A stretch of 64,000 nt of DNA from Balanoglossus misakiensis (Eukaryota; Animalia; Hemichordata), in assembly GCA_040954595.2 (NCBI GenBank), contig CM082584.2, positions 1,829,344 through 1,893,343 of the forward strand, given 5' to 3'. The notes under the pieces are model-generated. The model saw nothing but the letters and a program-made list of their open reading frames with translations, had not been told where the DNA came from and did not search any database. A program made the position numbers and the translations under genes. Shown here piece by piece: positions 15,001-30,000 of the stretch (positions are counted from its first letter, which is position 1; each line of letters begins with the position of its first letter).

Positions 15001-18000
15001 CATTTTTTGATGATTTTCACCCATGATTTTTTTCAAAAATCGACGAAATTTTGAGATTTTGCAAAGTCGAAAATTTGTCATTTTTTGATGATTTTCACCC
15101 ATGATTTTTTTCAAAATTGACGAAATGTTGAGATTTTGCAAAGTCGAAAATTTGTCATTTTTTGATGATTTTCACCCATGATTTTTTTCAAAAATCGACG
15201 AAATTTTGAGATTTTGCAAAGTCGAAAATTTGTCATTTTTTGATGATTTTCACCCATGATTTTTTTTCACAAATCGACGAAATTTTGAGATTTTGCAGTC
15301 CTAAATTTGTCATTTTTAATGATTTTCCTCCATGATTTTTTTTCAAAAATCGACGAAATTTTGAGATTTTGCAAAGTCGAAAATTTGTCATTTTTTGATG
15401 ATTATCCCCCATGATTTTTTTCAAAAATCGACGAAATTTTGAGATTTTGCAAAGTCGAAAATTTGTCATTTTTTGATGATTTTCACCCATGTTTTTTTTA
15501 AAAAAATCGACGTACCTATGATTTTTTTCAAAATCGACGAAATTGTGTGATTTTGCAAACTCGAAAATTTTGTCATTTTTTGATGATTTTCAACCATGAT
15601 TTTTTTTCAAAAATCGACGAAATTTTGAGATTTTGCAAAGTTGAAAATTTTGTCATTTTTTGATGATTTTCACCCATGATTTTTTCAAAAATTGATGAAA
15701 TTTTGAGATTTTGCAAAGTCGAAAATTTGTCATTTTTTGATGATTTTCACCCATGATTTTTTTTCAAAAATGGACGAAATTTTGAGCTTTTGCAAAGTCG
15801 AAAATTTGTCATTTTTTTATGATTTTCACCTATGATTTTTTTCAAAAATCGACGAAATATTGAGATTTTGCAAAGTCGAAAATTTGTCATTTTTTGATGA
15901 TTTTCACAAATGTTGTTTTTAAATAATCGACGAACCCATGATTTTTTTCAAAATCGACGAAATTTTGAGATTTTGCAAAGTCGAAAATTTGTCATTTTTT
16001 GATGATTTTCACCAATGTTGTTTTTAAAAAATCGACGAACCCATGATTTTTTTCAAAAAAAGACAAAATTTTGAGATTTTGCAAAGTCGAAAATTTTGTC
16101 ATTTTTTGATGATTTTCACCCATGATTTTTTCAAAAATTGACGAAATTTTGAGATTTTGCAAAGTCGAAAATTTGTCATTTTTTGATGATTTTCACCCAT
16201 GATTTTTTTCAAAAATCGACGAAATTTTGAGATTTTGCAAAGTCGAAAATTTGTCATTTTTTGATGATTTTCACCAATGTTGTTTTTAAAAAATCGACGA
16301 ACCCATGATTTTTTTCAAAATCGACGAAATTTTGAGATTTTGCAAAGTCGAAAATTTGTCATTTTTTGATGATTTTCAACCATTATTTTTTTTCAAAAAT
16401 CGACGAAATTTTGAGATTTTGCAAAGTCGAAAATTTGTCATTTTTTGATAATTTTCACCTATGATTTTTTTCAAAAAAAGACAAAATTTTGAGATTTTAC
16501 GAAGTCGAAAATTTTTCATTTTTTGATGATTTTCACCCATGATTTTTTTCAAAATTGACGAAATTTTGAGATTTTGCAAAGTCGAAAATTTGTCATTTTT
16601 TGATGATTTTCACCTATGATTTTTTTCAAAAATCGACAAAATTTTGAGATTTTGCAAAGTCGAAAATTTGTCATTTTTTGATGATTTTCACCCATGATTG
16701 TTTTTCAAAAATGGACGAAATTTTGAGATTTTGCAAAGTCGAAAATTTGTCATTTTTTGATGATTTTCACCAATGTTGTTTTTAAAAGATCGACGAACCC
16801 ATGATTTTTTTCAAAATCGACGAAATTTTGAGATTTTGCAAAGTCGAAAATTTTGTCATTTTTTGATGATTTTCACCCATGATTTTTTCAAAAATTGACG
16901 AAATTTTGAGATTTTGCAAAGTCGAAAATTTGTCATTTTTTGATGATTTTCACCCATGATTTTTTTCAAAAATCGACGAAATTTTGAGATTTTGCAAAGT
17001 CGAAAATCTGTCATTTTTTGATGATTTTCACCCATGTTTTTTTTTAAAAAATCGACGAACCTATGATTTGTTTCAAAATCGACGAAATTGTGTGATTTTG
17101 CAAACTCGAAAATGTTGTCATTTTTTGATGATTTTCAACCATGATTTTTTTTCAAAAATCGACGAAATTTTGAGATTTTGCAAAGTTGAAAATTTTGTCA
17201 TTTTTTGATGATTTTCACCCATGATTTTTTCAAAAATTGATGAAATTTTGAGATTTTGCAAAGTCGAAAATTTGTCATTTTTTGATGATTTTCACCCATG
17301 ATTTTTTTTCAAAAATGGACGAAATTTTGAGCTTTTGCAAAGTCGAAAATTTGTCATTTTTTGATGATTTTCACCTATGATTTTTTTCAAAAATCGACGA
17401 AATGTTGAGATTTTGCAAAGTCGAAAATTTGTCATTTTTTGATGATTTTCACCCATGATTTTTTTCAAAAATCGACGAAATTTTGAGATTTTGCAAAGTC
17501 GAAAATTTGTCATTTTTTGATGATTTTCACCAATGTTGTTTTTAAAAAATCGACGAATCCATGATTTTTTTCAAAATCGACGAAATTTTGAGATTTTGCA
17601 AAGTCGAAAATTTGTCATTTTTTGATGATTTTCAACCATTATTTTTTTTCAAAAATCGACGAAATTTTGAGATTTTGCAAAGTCGAAAATTTGTCATTTT
17701 TTGATAATTTTCACCTATGATTTTTTTCAAAAAAAGACAAGTTTTTGAGATTTTGCGAAGTCGAAAATTTTTCATTTTTTGATGATTTTCACCCATGATT
17801 TTTTTCAAAATTGACGAAATTTTGAGATTTTGCAAAGTCGAAAATTTGTCATTTTTTGATGATTTTCACCTATGATTTTTTTCAAAAATCGACAAAATTT
17901 TGAGATTTTGCAAAGTCGAAAATTTGTCATTTTTTGATGATTTTCACCCATGATTGTTTTTCAAAAATGGACGAAATTTTGAGATTTTGCAAAGTCGAAA

Positions 18001-21000
18001 ATTTGTCATTTTTTGATGATTTTCACCTATGATTTTTTTCAAAAATCGACGAAATGTTGAGATTTTGCAAAGTCGAAAATTTGTCATTTTTTGATGATTT
18101 TCACCCATGTTTCTTTTAAAAAAATCGACGAACCTATGATTTTTTTCAAAATCGACGAAATTGTGTGATTTTGCAAACTCGAAAATGTTGTCATTTTTTG
18201 ATGATTTTCAACCATGATTTTTTTTCAAAAATCGACGAAATTTTGAGATTTTGCAAAGTCGAAAATCTGTCATTTTTTGATGATTTTCACCCATGTTTTT
18301 TTTTAAAAAATCGACGAACCTATGATTTGTTTCAAAATCGACGAAATTGTGTGATTTTGCAAACTCGAAAATGTTGTCATTTTTTGATGATTTTCAACCA
18401 TGATTTTTTTTCAAAAATCGACGAAATTTTGAGATTTTGCAAAGTTGAAAATTTTGTCATTTTTTGATGATTTTCACCCATGATTTTTTCAAAAATTGAT
18501 GAAATTTTGAGATTTTGCAAAGTCGAAAATTTGTCATTTTTTGATGATTTTCACCCATGATTTTTTTTCAAAAATGGACGAAATTTTGAGCTTTTGCAAA
18601 GTCGAAAATTTGTCATTTTTTGATGATTTTCACCTATGATTTTTTTCAAAAATCGACGAAATGTTGAGATTTTGCAAAGTCGAAAATTTGTCATTTTTTG
18701 ATGATTTTCACCCATGATTTTTTTCAAAAATCGACGAAATTTTGAGATTTTGCAAAGTCGAAAATTTGTCATTTTTTGATGATTTTCACCAATGTTGTTT
18801 TTAAAAAATCGACGAATCCATGATTTTTTTCAAAATCGACGAAATTTTGAGATTTTGCAAAGTCGAAAATTTGTCATTTTTTGATGATTTTCAACCATTA
18901 TTTTTTTTCAAAAATCGACGAAATTTTGAGATTTTGCAAAGTCGAAAATTTGTCATTTTTTGATAATTTTCACCTATGATTTTTTTCAAAAAAAGACAAG
19001 TTTTTGAGATTTTGCGAAGTCGAAAATTTTTCATTTTTTGATGATTTTCACCCATGATTTTTTTCAAAATTGACGAAATTTTGAGATTTTGCAAAGTCGA
19101 AAATTTGTCATTTTTTGATGATTTTCACCTATGATTTTTTTCAAAAATCGACAAAATTTTGAGATTTTGCAAAGTCGAAAATTTGTCATTTTTTGATGAT
19201 TTTCACCCATGATTGTTTTTCAAAAATGGACGAAATTTTGAGATTTTGCAAAGTCGAAAATTTGTCATTTTTTGATGATTTTCACCTATGATTTTTTTCA
19301 AAAATCGACGAAATGTTGAGATTTTGCAAAGTCGAAAATTTGTCATTTTTTGATGATTTTCACCCATGTTTCTTTTAAAAAAATCGACGAACCTATGATT
19401 TTTTTCAAAATCGACGAAATTGTGTGATTTTGCAAACTCGAAAATGTTGTCATTTTTTGATGATTTTCAACCATGATTTTTTTTCAAAAATCGACGAAAT
19501 TTTGAGATTTTGCAAAGTTGAAAATTTTGTCATTTTTTGATGATTTTCACCCATGATTTTTTCAAAAATTGATGAAATTTTGAGATTTTGCAAAGTCGAA
19601 AATTTGTCATTTTTTGATGATTTTCACCCATGATTTTTTTTCAAAAATGGACGAAATTTTGAGCTTTTGCAAAGTCGAAAATTTGTCATTTTTTGATGAT
19701 TTTCACCTATGATTTTTTTCAAAAATCGACGAAATGTTGAGATTTTGCAAAGTCGAAAATTTGTCATTTTTTGATGATTTTCACCCATGATTTTTTTCAA
19801 AAATCGACGAAATTTTGAGATTTTGCAAAGTCGAAAATTTGTCATTTTTTGATGATTTTCAACCATTATTTTTTTTCAAAAATCGACGAAATTTTGAGAT
19901 TTTGCAAAGTCGAAAATTTGTCATTTTTTGATAATTTTCACCTATGATTTTTTTCAAAAAAAGACAAAATTTTGAGATTTTGCAAAGTCGAAAATTTGTC
20001 ATTTTTTGATGATTTTCACCCATGATTTTTTTTCAAAAATGGACGAAATTTTGAGATTTTGCAAAGTCGAAAATTTGTCATTTTTTGATGATTTTCACCT
20101 ATGATTTTTTTCAAAAATCGACGAAATGTTGAGATTTTGCAAAGTCGAAAATTTGTCATTTTTTGATGATTTTCACCCATGATTTTTTTCAAAAATCGAC
20201 GAAATTTTGAGATTTTGCAAAGTCGAAAATTTGTCATTTTTTGATGATTTTCAACCATTATTTTTTTTCAAAAATCGACGAAATTTTGAGATTTTGCAAA
20301 GTCGAAAATTTCTCTTTTTTTGATGATTTTCACCTATGATTTTTTTCAAAAATCGACGAAATGTTGAGATTTTGCAAAGTCGAAAATTTGTCATTTTTTG
20401 ATGATTTTCACCAATGTTGTTTTTAAAAAATCGACGAACCCATGATTTTTTTCAAAATCGACGAAATTTTGAGATTTTGCAAAGTCGAAAATTTTGTCAT
20501 TTTTTGATGATTTTCACCCATGATTTTTTCAAAAATTGACGAAATTTTGAGATTTTGCAAAGTCGAAAATTTGTTATTTTTGATGATTTTCACCCATGAT
20601 TTTTTTCAAAAATCGACGAAATTTTGAGCTTTTGCAAAGTCGAAAATTTGTCATTTTTTGATGATTTTCACCCATGATTTTTTTTCAAAAATGGACGAAA
20701 TTTTGAGCTTTTGCAAAGTCGAAAATTTGTCATTTTTTGATGATTTTCACCTATGATTTTTTTCAAAAATCGACGAAATGTTGAGATTTTGCAAAGTCGA
20801 AAATTTGTCATTTTTTGATGATTTTCACCCATGATTTTTTTCAAAAATCGACGAAATTTTGAGATTTTGCAAAGTCGAAAATTTGTCATTTTTTGATGAT
20901 TTTCACCAATGTTGTTTTTAAAAAATCGACGAACCCATGATTTTTTTCAAAATCGACGAAATTTTGAGATTTTGCAAAGTCGAAAATTTGTCATTTTTTG

Positions 21001-24000
21001 ATGATTTTCAACCATTATTTTTTTTCAAAAATCGACGAAATTTTGAGATTTTGCAAAGTCGAAAATTTGTCATTTTTTGATGATTTTCACCCATGATTTT
21101 TTTCAAAATTGACGAAATTTTGAGATTTTGCAAAGTCGAAAATTTGTCATTTTTTGATGATTTTCACCTATGATTTTTTTCAAAAATCGACAAAATTTTG
21201 AGATTTTGCAAAGTCGAAAATTTGTCATTTTTTGATGATTTTCACCCATGAATTTTTTTCAAAAATGGACGAAATTTTGAGATTTTGCAAAGTCGAAAAT
21301 TTGTCATTTTTTGATGATTTTCACCTATGATTTTTTTCAAAAATCGACGAAATGTTGAGATTTTGCAAAGTCGAAAATTTGTCATTTTTTGATGATTTTC
21401 ACCAATGTTGTTTTTAAAAAATCGACGAACCCATGATTTTTTTCAAAATCGACGAAATTTTGAGATTTTGCAAAGTCGAAAATTTGTAATTTTTTGATAA
21501 TTTTCACCTATGATTTTTTTTCAAAAAAAGACAAAATTTTGAGATTTTGCAAAGTCGAAAATTTGTCATTTTTTTGATGATTTTCACCAATGTTGTTTTT
21601 AAAAAATCGACGAACCCATGATTTTTTTCAAAAAAAGACAAAATTTTGAGATTTTGCAAAGTCGAAAATTTGTCATTTTTTGATGATTTTCACCAATGTT
21701 GTTTTTAAAAAATCGACGAACCCATGATTTTTTTCAAAATCGACGAAATTTTGAGATTTTGCAAAGTCGAAAATTTTGTCAATTTTGATGATTTTCACCC
21801 ATGATTTTTTCAAAAATTGACGAAATTTTGAGATTTTGCAAAGTCGAAAATCTGTCATTTTTTGATGATTTTCACCCATGTTTTTTTTAAAAAAAATCGA
21901 CGAACCCATGATTTTTTTCAAAATCGACGAAATTTTGAGATTTTGCAAAGTCGAAAATTTGTCATTTTTTGATGATTTTCAACCATTATTTTTTTTCAAA
22001 AATCGACGGAATTTTGAGATTTTGCAAAGTCGAAAATTTGTCATTTTTTGATGATTTTCACCCAGGATTTTTTTTCACAAATCGACGAAATTTTGAGATT
22101 TTGCAGTCGTAAATTTGTCATTTTTTAATGATTTTCCTCCATGATTTTTTTCCAAAAATCGACGAAATTTTGAGATTTTGCAAAGTCGAAAATTTGTCAT
22201 TTTTTGATGATTTTCATCCATGATTTTTTTTTAAAAATCGACGAAATTTTGAGATTTTGCAAAGTCGAAAATTTGTCATTTTTTGATGATTTTCACCAAT
22301 GTTGTTTTTAAAAAATCGACGAACCCATGATTTTTTTCAAAATCGACGAAATTTGGAGATTTTGCAAAGTCGAAAATTTGTCATTTTTGGATGATTTTCA
22401 CCCATGTTTTTTTTTTTTAAAAATCGACGAACCTATGATTTTTTTCAAAATCGGCGAAATTGTGTGATTTTGCAAACTCGAAAATTTGTCATTTTTTGAT
22501 GATTTTCACCAATGTTGTTTTTAAAAAATCGACGAACCCATGATTTTTTTCAAAAAAAGACAAAATTTTGAGATTATGCGAAGTCGAAAATTTTTCATTT
22601 TTTGATGATTTTCACCCATGATTTTTTTCAAAAATCGACGAAATTTTGAGATTTTGCAAAGTCGAAAATTTGTCATTTTTTGATGATTTTCACCCATGAT
22701 TTTTTTCAAAAATCGACGAAATTTTGAGATTTTGCAAAGTCGAAAATATGTCATTTTTTGATGATTTTCAACCATTATTTTTTTTCAAAAATCGACGAAA
22801 TTTTGAGATTTTACAAAGTCGAAAATTTGTCATTTTTTGATGATTTTCACCCATGATTTTTTTTCACAAATCGACTAAATTTTGAGATTTTGCAAAGTCG
22901 AAAATTTGTCATTTTTTGATGATTTTCACCCATGTTTTTTTTTAAAAAATCGACGAACCTATGATTTTTTTCAAAATCGGCGAAATTGTGTGATTTTGCA
23001 AACTCGAAAATTTGTCATTTTTTGATGATTTTCACCAATGTTGTTTTTAAAAAATCGACGAACCCATGATTTTTTTCAAAATCGACGAAATTTTGAGATT
23101 TTGCAAAGTCGAAAATTTGTCATTTTTTGATGATTTTCAACCATTATTTTTTTTCAAAAATCGACGAAATTTTGAGATTTTGCAAAGTCGAAAATTTGTC
23201 ATTTTTTGATAATTTTCACCTATGATTTTTTTCAAAAAAAGACAAAATTTTGAGATTTTGCGAAGTCGAAAATTTTTCATTTTTTGATGATTTTCACCCA
23301 TGATTTTTTTCAAAAATCGACGAAATTTTGAGATTTTGCAAAGTCGAAAATTTGTCATTTTTTGATGATTTTCACCCATGATTTTTTTCAAAATTGACGA
23401 AATTTTGAGATTTTGCAAAGTCGAAAATTTGTCATTTTTTGATGATTTTCACCTATGATTTTTTCAAAAATCGACAAAATTTTGAGATTTTGCAAAGTCG
23501 AAAATTTGTCATTTTTTGATGATTTTCACCTATGATTTTTTTCAAAAATCGACGAAATGTTGAGATTTTGCAAAGTCGTAAATTTGTCATTTTTTGATGA
23601 TTTTCACCAATGTTGTTTTTGAAAAATCGACGAACCCATGATTTTTTTCAAAATCGACGAAATTTTGAGATTTTGCAAAGTCGAAAATTTTGTCATTTTT
23701 TGATGATTTTCACCCATGATTTTTTCAAAAATTGACGAAATTTTGAGATTTTGCAAAGTCGAAAATTTGTCATTTTTTGATGATTTTCACCCATGATTTT
23801 TTTCAAAAATCGACGAAATTTTGAGATTTTGCAAAGTCGAAAATCTGTCATTTTTTGATGATTTTCACCCATGTTTTTTTAAAAAAAATCGACGAACCTA
23901 TGATTTTTTTCAAAATCGACGAAATTGTGTGATTTTGCAAACTCGAAAATGTTGTCATTTTTTGATGATTCTCAACCATGATTTTTTTTCAAAAATCGAC

Positions 24001-27000
24001 GAAATTTTGAGATTTTGCAAAGTCGAAAATTTGTCATTTTTTGATGATTTTCACCAATGTTGTTTTTAAAAAATCGACGAACCCATGATTTTTTTCAAAA
24101 TCGACGAAATTTTGAGATTTTGCAAAGTCGAAAATTTGTCATTTTTTGATGATTTTCAACCATTATTTTTTTTCAAAAATCGACGAAATTTTGAGATTTT
24201 GCAAAGTCGAAAATTTGTCATTTTTTGATGATTTTCACCCATGATTTTTTTCAAAAATCGACGAAATTTTGAGATTTTGCAAAGTCGAAAATTTGTCATT
24301 TTTTGATGATTTTCACCTATGATTTTTTTCAAAAATCGACAAAATTTTGAGATTTTGCAAAGTCGAAAATTTGTCATTTTTTGATGATTTTCACCCATGA
24401 ATTTTTTTCAAAAATGGACGAAATTTTGAGATTTTGCAAAGTCGAAAATTTGTCATTTTTTGATGATTTTCACCTATGATTTTTTTCAAAAATCGACGAA
24501 ATGTTGAGATTTTGCAAAGTCGAAAATTTGTCATTTTTTGATGATTTTCACCAATGTTGTTTTTAAAAAATCGACGAACCCATGATTTTTTTCAAAATCG
24601 ACGAAATTTTGAGATTTTGCAAAGTCGAAAATTTGTAATTTTTTGATAATTTTCACCTATGATTTTTTTCAAAAAAAGACAAAATTTTGAGATTTTGCAA
24701 AGTCGAAAATTTGTCATTTTTTTGATGATTTTCACCAATGTTGTTTTTAAAAAATCGACGAACCCATGATTTTTTTCAAAAAAAGACAAAATTTTGAGAT
24801 TTTGCAAAGTCGAAAATTTGTCATTTTTTGATGATTTTCACCAATGTTGTTTTTAAAAAATCGACGAACCCATGATTTTTTTCAAAATCGACGAAATTTT
24901 GAGATTTTGCAAAGTCGAAAATTTTGTCAATTTTGATGATTTTCACCCATGATTTTTTCAAAAATTGACGAAATTTTGAGATTTTGCAAAGTCGAAAATT
25001 TGTCATTTTTTGATGATTTTCAACCATTATTTTTTTTCAAAAATCGACGGAATTTTGAGATTTTGCAAAGTCGAAAATTTGTCACTTTTTGATGATTTTC
25101 ACCTATGATTTTTTTCAAAAATCGACGAAATGTTGAGATTTTGCGAAGTCGAAAATTTGTCATTTTTTGATGATTTTCACCCATGATTTTTTTAAAAAAT
25201 CGACGAAATTTTGAGATTTTGCAAAGTCGAAAATTTGTCATTTTTTGATGATTTTCACCCAGGATTTTTTTTCACAAATCGACGAAATTTTGAGATTTTG
25301 CAGTCGTAAATTTGTCATTTTTTAATGATTTTCCTCCATGATTTTTTTCCAAAAATCGACGAAATTTTGAGATTTTGCAAAGTCGAAAATTTGTCATTTT
25401 TTGATGATTTTCATCCATGATTTTTTTTTAAAAATCGACGAAATTTTGAGATTTTGCAAAGTCGAAAATTTGTCATTTTTTGATGATTTTCACCAATGTT
25501 GTTTTTAAAAAATCGACGAACCCATGATTTTTTTCAAAATCGACGAAATTTGGAGATTTTGCAAAGTCGAAAATTTGTCATTTTTTGATGATTTTCACCC
25601 ATGTTTTTTTTTTTAAAAAATCGACGAACCTATGATTTTTTTCAAAATCGGCGAAATTGTGTGATTTTGCAAAATCGAAAATTTGTCATTTTTTGATGAT
25701 TTTCACCAATGTTGTTTTTAAAAAATCGACGAACCCATGATTTTTTTCAAAAAAAGACAAAATTTTGAGATTATGCGAAGTCGAAAATTTTTCATTTTTT
25801 GATGATTTTCACCCATGATTTTTTTCAAAAATCGACGAAATTTTGAGATTTTGCAAAGTCGAAAATTTGTCATTTTTTGATGATTTTCACCCATGATTTT
25901 TTTCAAAAATCGACGAAATTTTGAGATTTTGCAAAGTCGAAAATTTGTCATTTTTTGATGATTTTCAACCATTATTTTTTTTCAAAAATCGTCGAAATTT
26001 TGAGATTTTACAAAGTCGAAAATTTGTCATTTTTTGATGATTTTCACCCATGATTTTTTTTCACAAATCGACGAAATTTTGAGATTTTGCAAAGTCGAAA
26101 ATTTGTCATTTTTTGATGATTTTCACCCATGTTTTTTTTAAAAAAATCGACGAACCTATGATTTTTTTCAAAATCGGCGAAATTGTGTGATTTTGCAAAC
26201 TCGAAAATGTGTCATTTTTTGATGATTTTCACCAATGTTGTTTTTAAAAAATCGACGAACCCATGATTTTTTTCAAAATCGACGAAATTTTGAGATTTTG
26301 CAAAGTCGAAAATTTGTCATTTTTTGATGATTTTCAACCATTATTTTTTTTCAAAAATCGACGAAATTTTGAGATTTTGCAAAGTCGAAAATTTGTCATT
26401 TTTTGATAATTTTCACCTATGATTTTTTTCAAAAAAAGACAAAATTTTGAGATTTTGCGAAGTCGAAAATTTTTCATTTTTTGATGATTTTCACCCATGA
26501 TTTTTTTCAAAAATCGACGAAATTTTGAGATTTTGCAAAGTCGAAAATTTGTCATTTTTTGATGATTTTCACCCATGATTTTTTTCAAAATTGACGAAAT
26601 TTTGAGATTTTGCAAAGTCGAAAATTTGTCATTTTTTGATGATTTTCACCTATGATTTTTTTCAAAAATCGACAAAATTTTGATATTTTGCAAAGTCGAA
26701 AATTTGTCATTTTTTGATGATTTTCACCCATGATTTGTTTTCAAAAATGGACGAAATTTTGAGATTTTGCAAAGTCGAAAATTTGTCATTTTTTGATGAT
26801 TTTCACATATGATTTTTTTCAAAAATCGACGAAATGTTGAGATTTTGCAAAGTCGAAAATTTGTCATTTTTTGATGATTTTCACCAATGTTGTTTTTGAA
26901 AAATCGACGAACCCATGATTTTTTTCAAAATCGACGAAATTTTGAGATTTTGCAAAGTCGAAAATTTTGTCATTTTTTGATGATTTTCACCCATGATTTT

Positions 27001-30000
27001 TTCAAAAATTGACGAAATTTTGAGATTTTGCAAAGTCGAAAATTTGTCATTTTTTGATGATTTTCACCCATGTTTTTTTTAAAAAAATCGACGAACCTAT
27101 GATTTTTTTCAAAATCGACGAAATTGTGTGATTTTGCAAACTCGAAAATGTTGTCATTTTTTGATGATTTTCAACCATGATTTTTTTCAAAATCGACGAA
27201 ATTGTGTGATTTTGCAAACTCGAAAATGTTGTCATTTTTTGATGATTTTCAACCATGATTTTTTTTCAAAAATCGACGAAATTTTGAGATTTTGCAAAGT
27301 CGAAAATTTTGTCATTTTTTGATGATTTTCAACCATGTTTTTTTTAAAAAAATCGACGAACCTATGATTTTTTTCAAAATCGACGAAATTGTGTGATTTT
27401 GCAAACTCGAAAATGTTGTCATTTTTTGATGATTTTCAACCATGATTTTTTTTCAAAAATCGACGAAATTTTGAGATTTTGCAAAGTTGAAAATTTTGTC
27501 ATTTTTTGATGATTTTCACCCATGTTTTTTTTAAAAAAATCGACGAACCTATGATTTTTTTCAAAATCGGCGAAATTGTGTGATTTTGCAAACTCGAAAA
27601 TTTGTCATTTTTTGATGATTTTCACCAATGTTGTTTTTAAAAAATCGACGAACCCATGATTTTTTTCAAAATCGACGAAATTTTGAGATTTTGCAAAGTC
27701 GAAAATTTGTCATTTTTTGATGATTTTCAACCATAATTTTTTTTCAAAAATCGACGAAATTTTGAGATTTTGCAAAGTCGAAAATTTGTCATTTTTTGAT
27801 AATTTTCACCTATGATTTTTTTCAAAAAAAGACAAAATTTTGAGATTTTGCGAAGTCGAAAATTTTTCATTTTTTGATGATTTTCACCCATGATTTTTTT
27901 CAAAAATCGACGAAATTTTGAGATTTTGCAAAGTCGAAAATTTGTCATTTTTTGATGATTTTCACCCATGATTTTTTTCAAAATTGACGAAATTTTGAGA
28001 TTTTGCAAAGTCGAAAATTTGTCATTTTTTGATGATTTTCACCTATGATTTTTTTCAAAAATCGACAAAATTTTGAGATTTTGCAAAGTCGAAAATTTGT
28101 CATTTTTTGATGATTTTCACCCATGATTTGTTTTCAAAAATGGACGAAATTTTGAGATTTTGCAAAGTCGAAAATTTGTCATTTTTTGATGATTTTCACC
28201 TATGATTTTTTTCAAAAATCGACGAAATGTTGAGATTTTGCAAAGTCGAAAATTTGTCATTTTTTGATGATTTTCACCAATGTTGTTTTTGAAAAATCGA
28301 CGAACCCATGATTTTTTTCAAATCGACGAAATTTTGAGATTTTGCAAAGTCGAAAATTTTGTCATTTTTTGATGATTTTCAACCATGTTTTTTTTAAAAA
28401 AATCGACGAACCTATGATTTTTTTCAAAATCGACGAAATTGTGTGATTTTGCAAACTCGAAAATGTTGTCATTTTTTGATGATTTTCAACCATGATTTTT
28501 TTTCAAAAATCGACGAAATTTTGAGATTTTGCAAAGTTGAAAATTTTGTCATTTTTTGATAATTTTCACCTATGATTTTTTTCAAAAAAAGACAAAATTT
28601 TGAGATTTTGCGAAGTCGAAAATTTTTCATTTTTTGATGATTTTCACCCATGATTTTTTTCAAAAATGGACGAAATTTTGAGATTTTGCAAAGTTGAAAA
28701 TTTGTCATTTTTTGATGATTTTCACCTATGATTTTTTTCAAAAATCGACGAAATTTTGAGATTTTGCAAAGTCGAAAATTTGTCATTTTTTGATGATTTT
28801 CACCAATGTTGTTTTTAAAAAATCGACGAACCCATGATTTTTTTCAAAATCGACGAAATTTTGAGATTTTGCAAAGTCGAAAATTTGTCATTTTTTGATG
28901 ATTTTCAACCATTATTTTTTTTCAAAAATCGACGAAATTTTGAGATTTTGCAAAGTCGAAAATTTGTCATTTTTTGATAATTTTCACCTATGATTTTTTT
29001 CAAAAAAAGACAAAATTTTGAGATTTTGCGAAGTCGAAAATTTTTCATTTTTTGATGATTTTCACCCATGATTTTTTTCAAAAATCGACGAAATTTTGAG
29101 ATTTTGCAAAGTCGAAAATTTGTCATTTTTTGATGATTTTCACCCATGATTTTTTTTCAAAATTGACGAAATTTTGAGATTTTGCAAAGTCGAAAATTTG
29201 TCATTTTTTGATGATTTTCACCTATGATTTTTTTCAAAAATCGACAAAATTTTGAGATTTTGCAAAGTCGAAAATTTTGTCATTTTTTGATGATTTTCAC
29301 CCATGATTTTTTCAAAAATTGATGAAATTTTGAGATTTTGCAAAGTCGAAAATTTGTCATTTTTTGATGATTTTCACCCATGATTTTTTTTCAAAAATGG
29401 ACGAAATTTTGAGCTTTTGCAAAGTCGAAAATTTGTCATTTTTTGATGATTTTCACCTATGATTTTTTTCAGAAATCGACGAAATGTTGAGATTTTGCAA
29501 AGTCGAAAATTTGTCATTTTTTGATGATTTTCACCCATGATTTTTTTCAAAAATCGACGAAATTTTGAGATTTTGCTAAGTCGAAAATTTGTCATTTTTT
29601 GATGATTTTCACCAATGTTGTTTTTAAAAAATCGACGAACCCATGATTTTTTTCAAAATCGACGAAATTTTGAGATTTTGCAAAGTCGAAAATTTGTCAT
29701 TTTTTGATGATTTTCAACCATTATTTTTTTTCAAAAATGGACGAAATTTTGAGCTTTTGCAAAGTCGAAAATTTGTCATTTTTTGATGATTTTCACCTAT
29801 GATTTTTTTCAAAAATCGACGAAATATTGAGATTTTGCAAAGTCGAAAATTTGTCATTTTTTGATGATTTTCACCAATGTTGTTTTTAAAAAATCGACGA
29901 ACCCATGATTTTTTTCAAAATCGACGAAATTTTGAGATTTTGCAAAGTCGAAAATTTGTCATTTTTTGATAATTTTCACCTATGATTTTTTTCAAAAAAA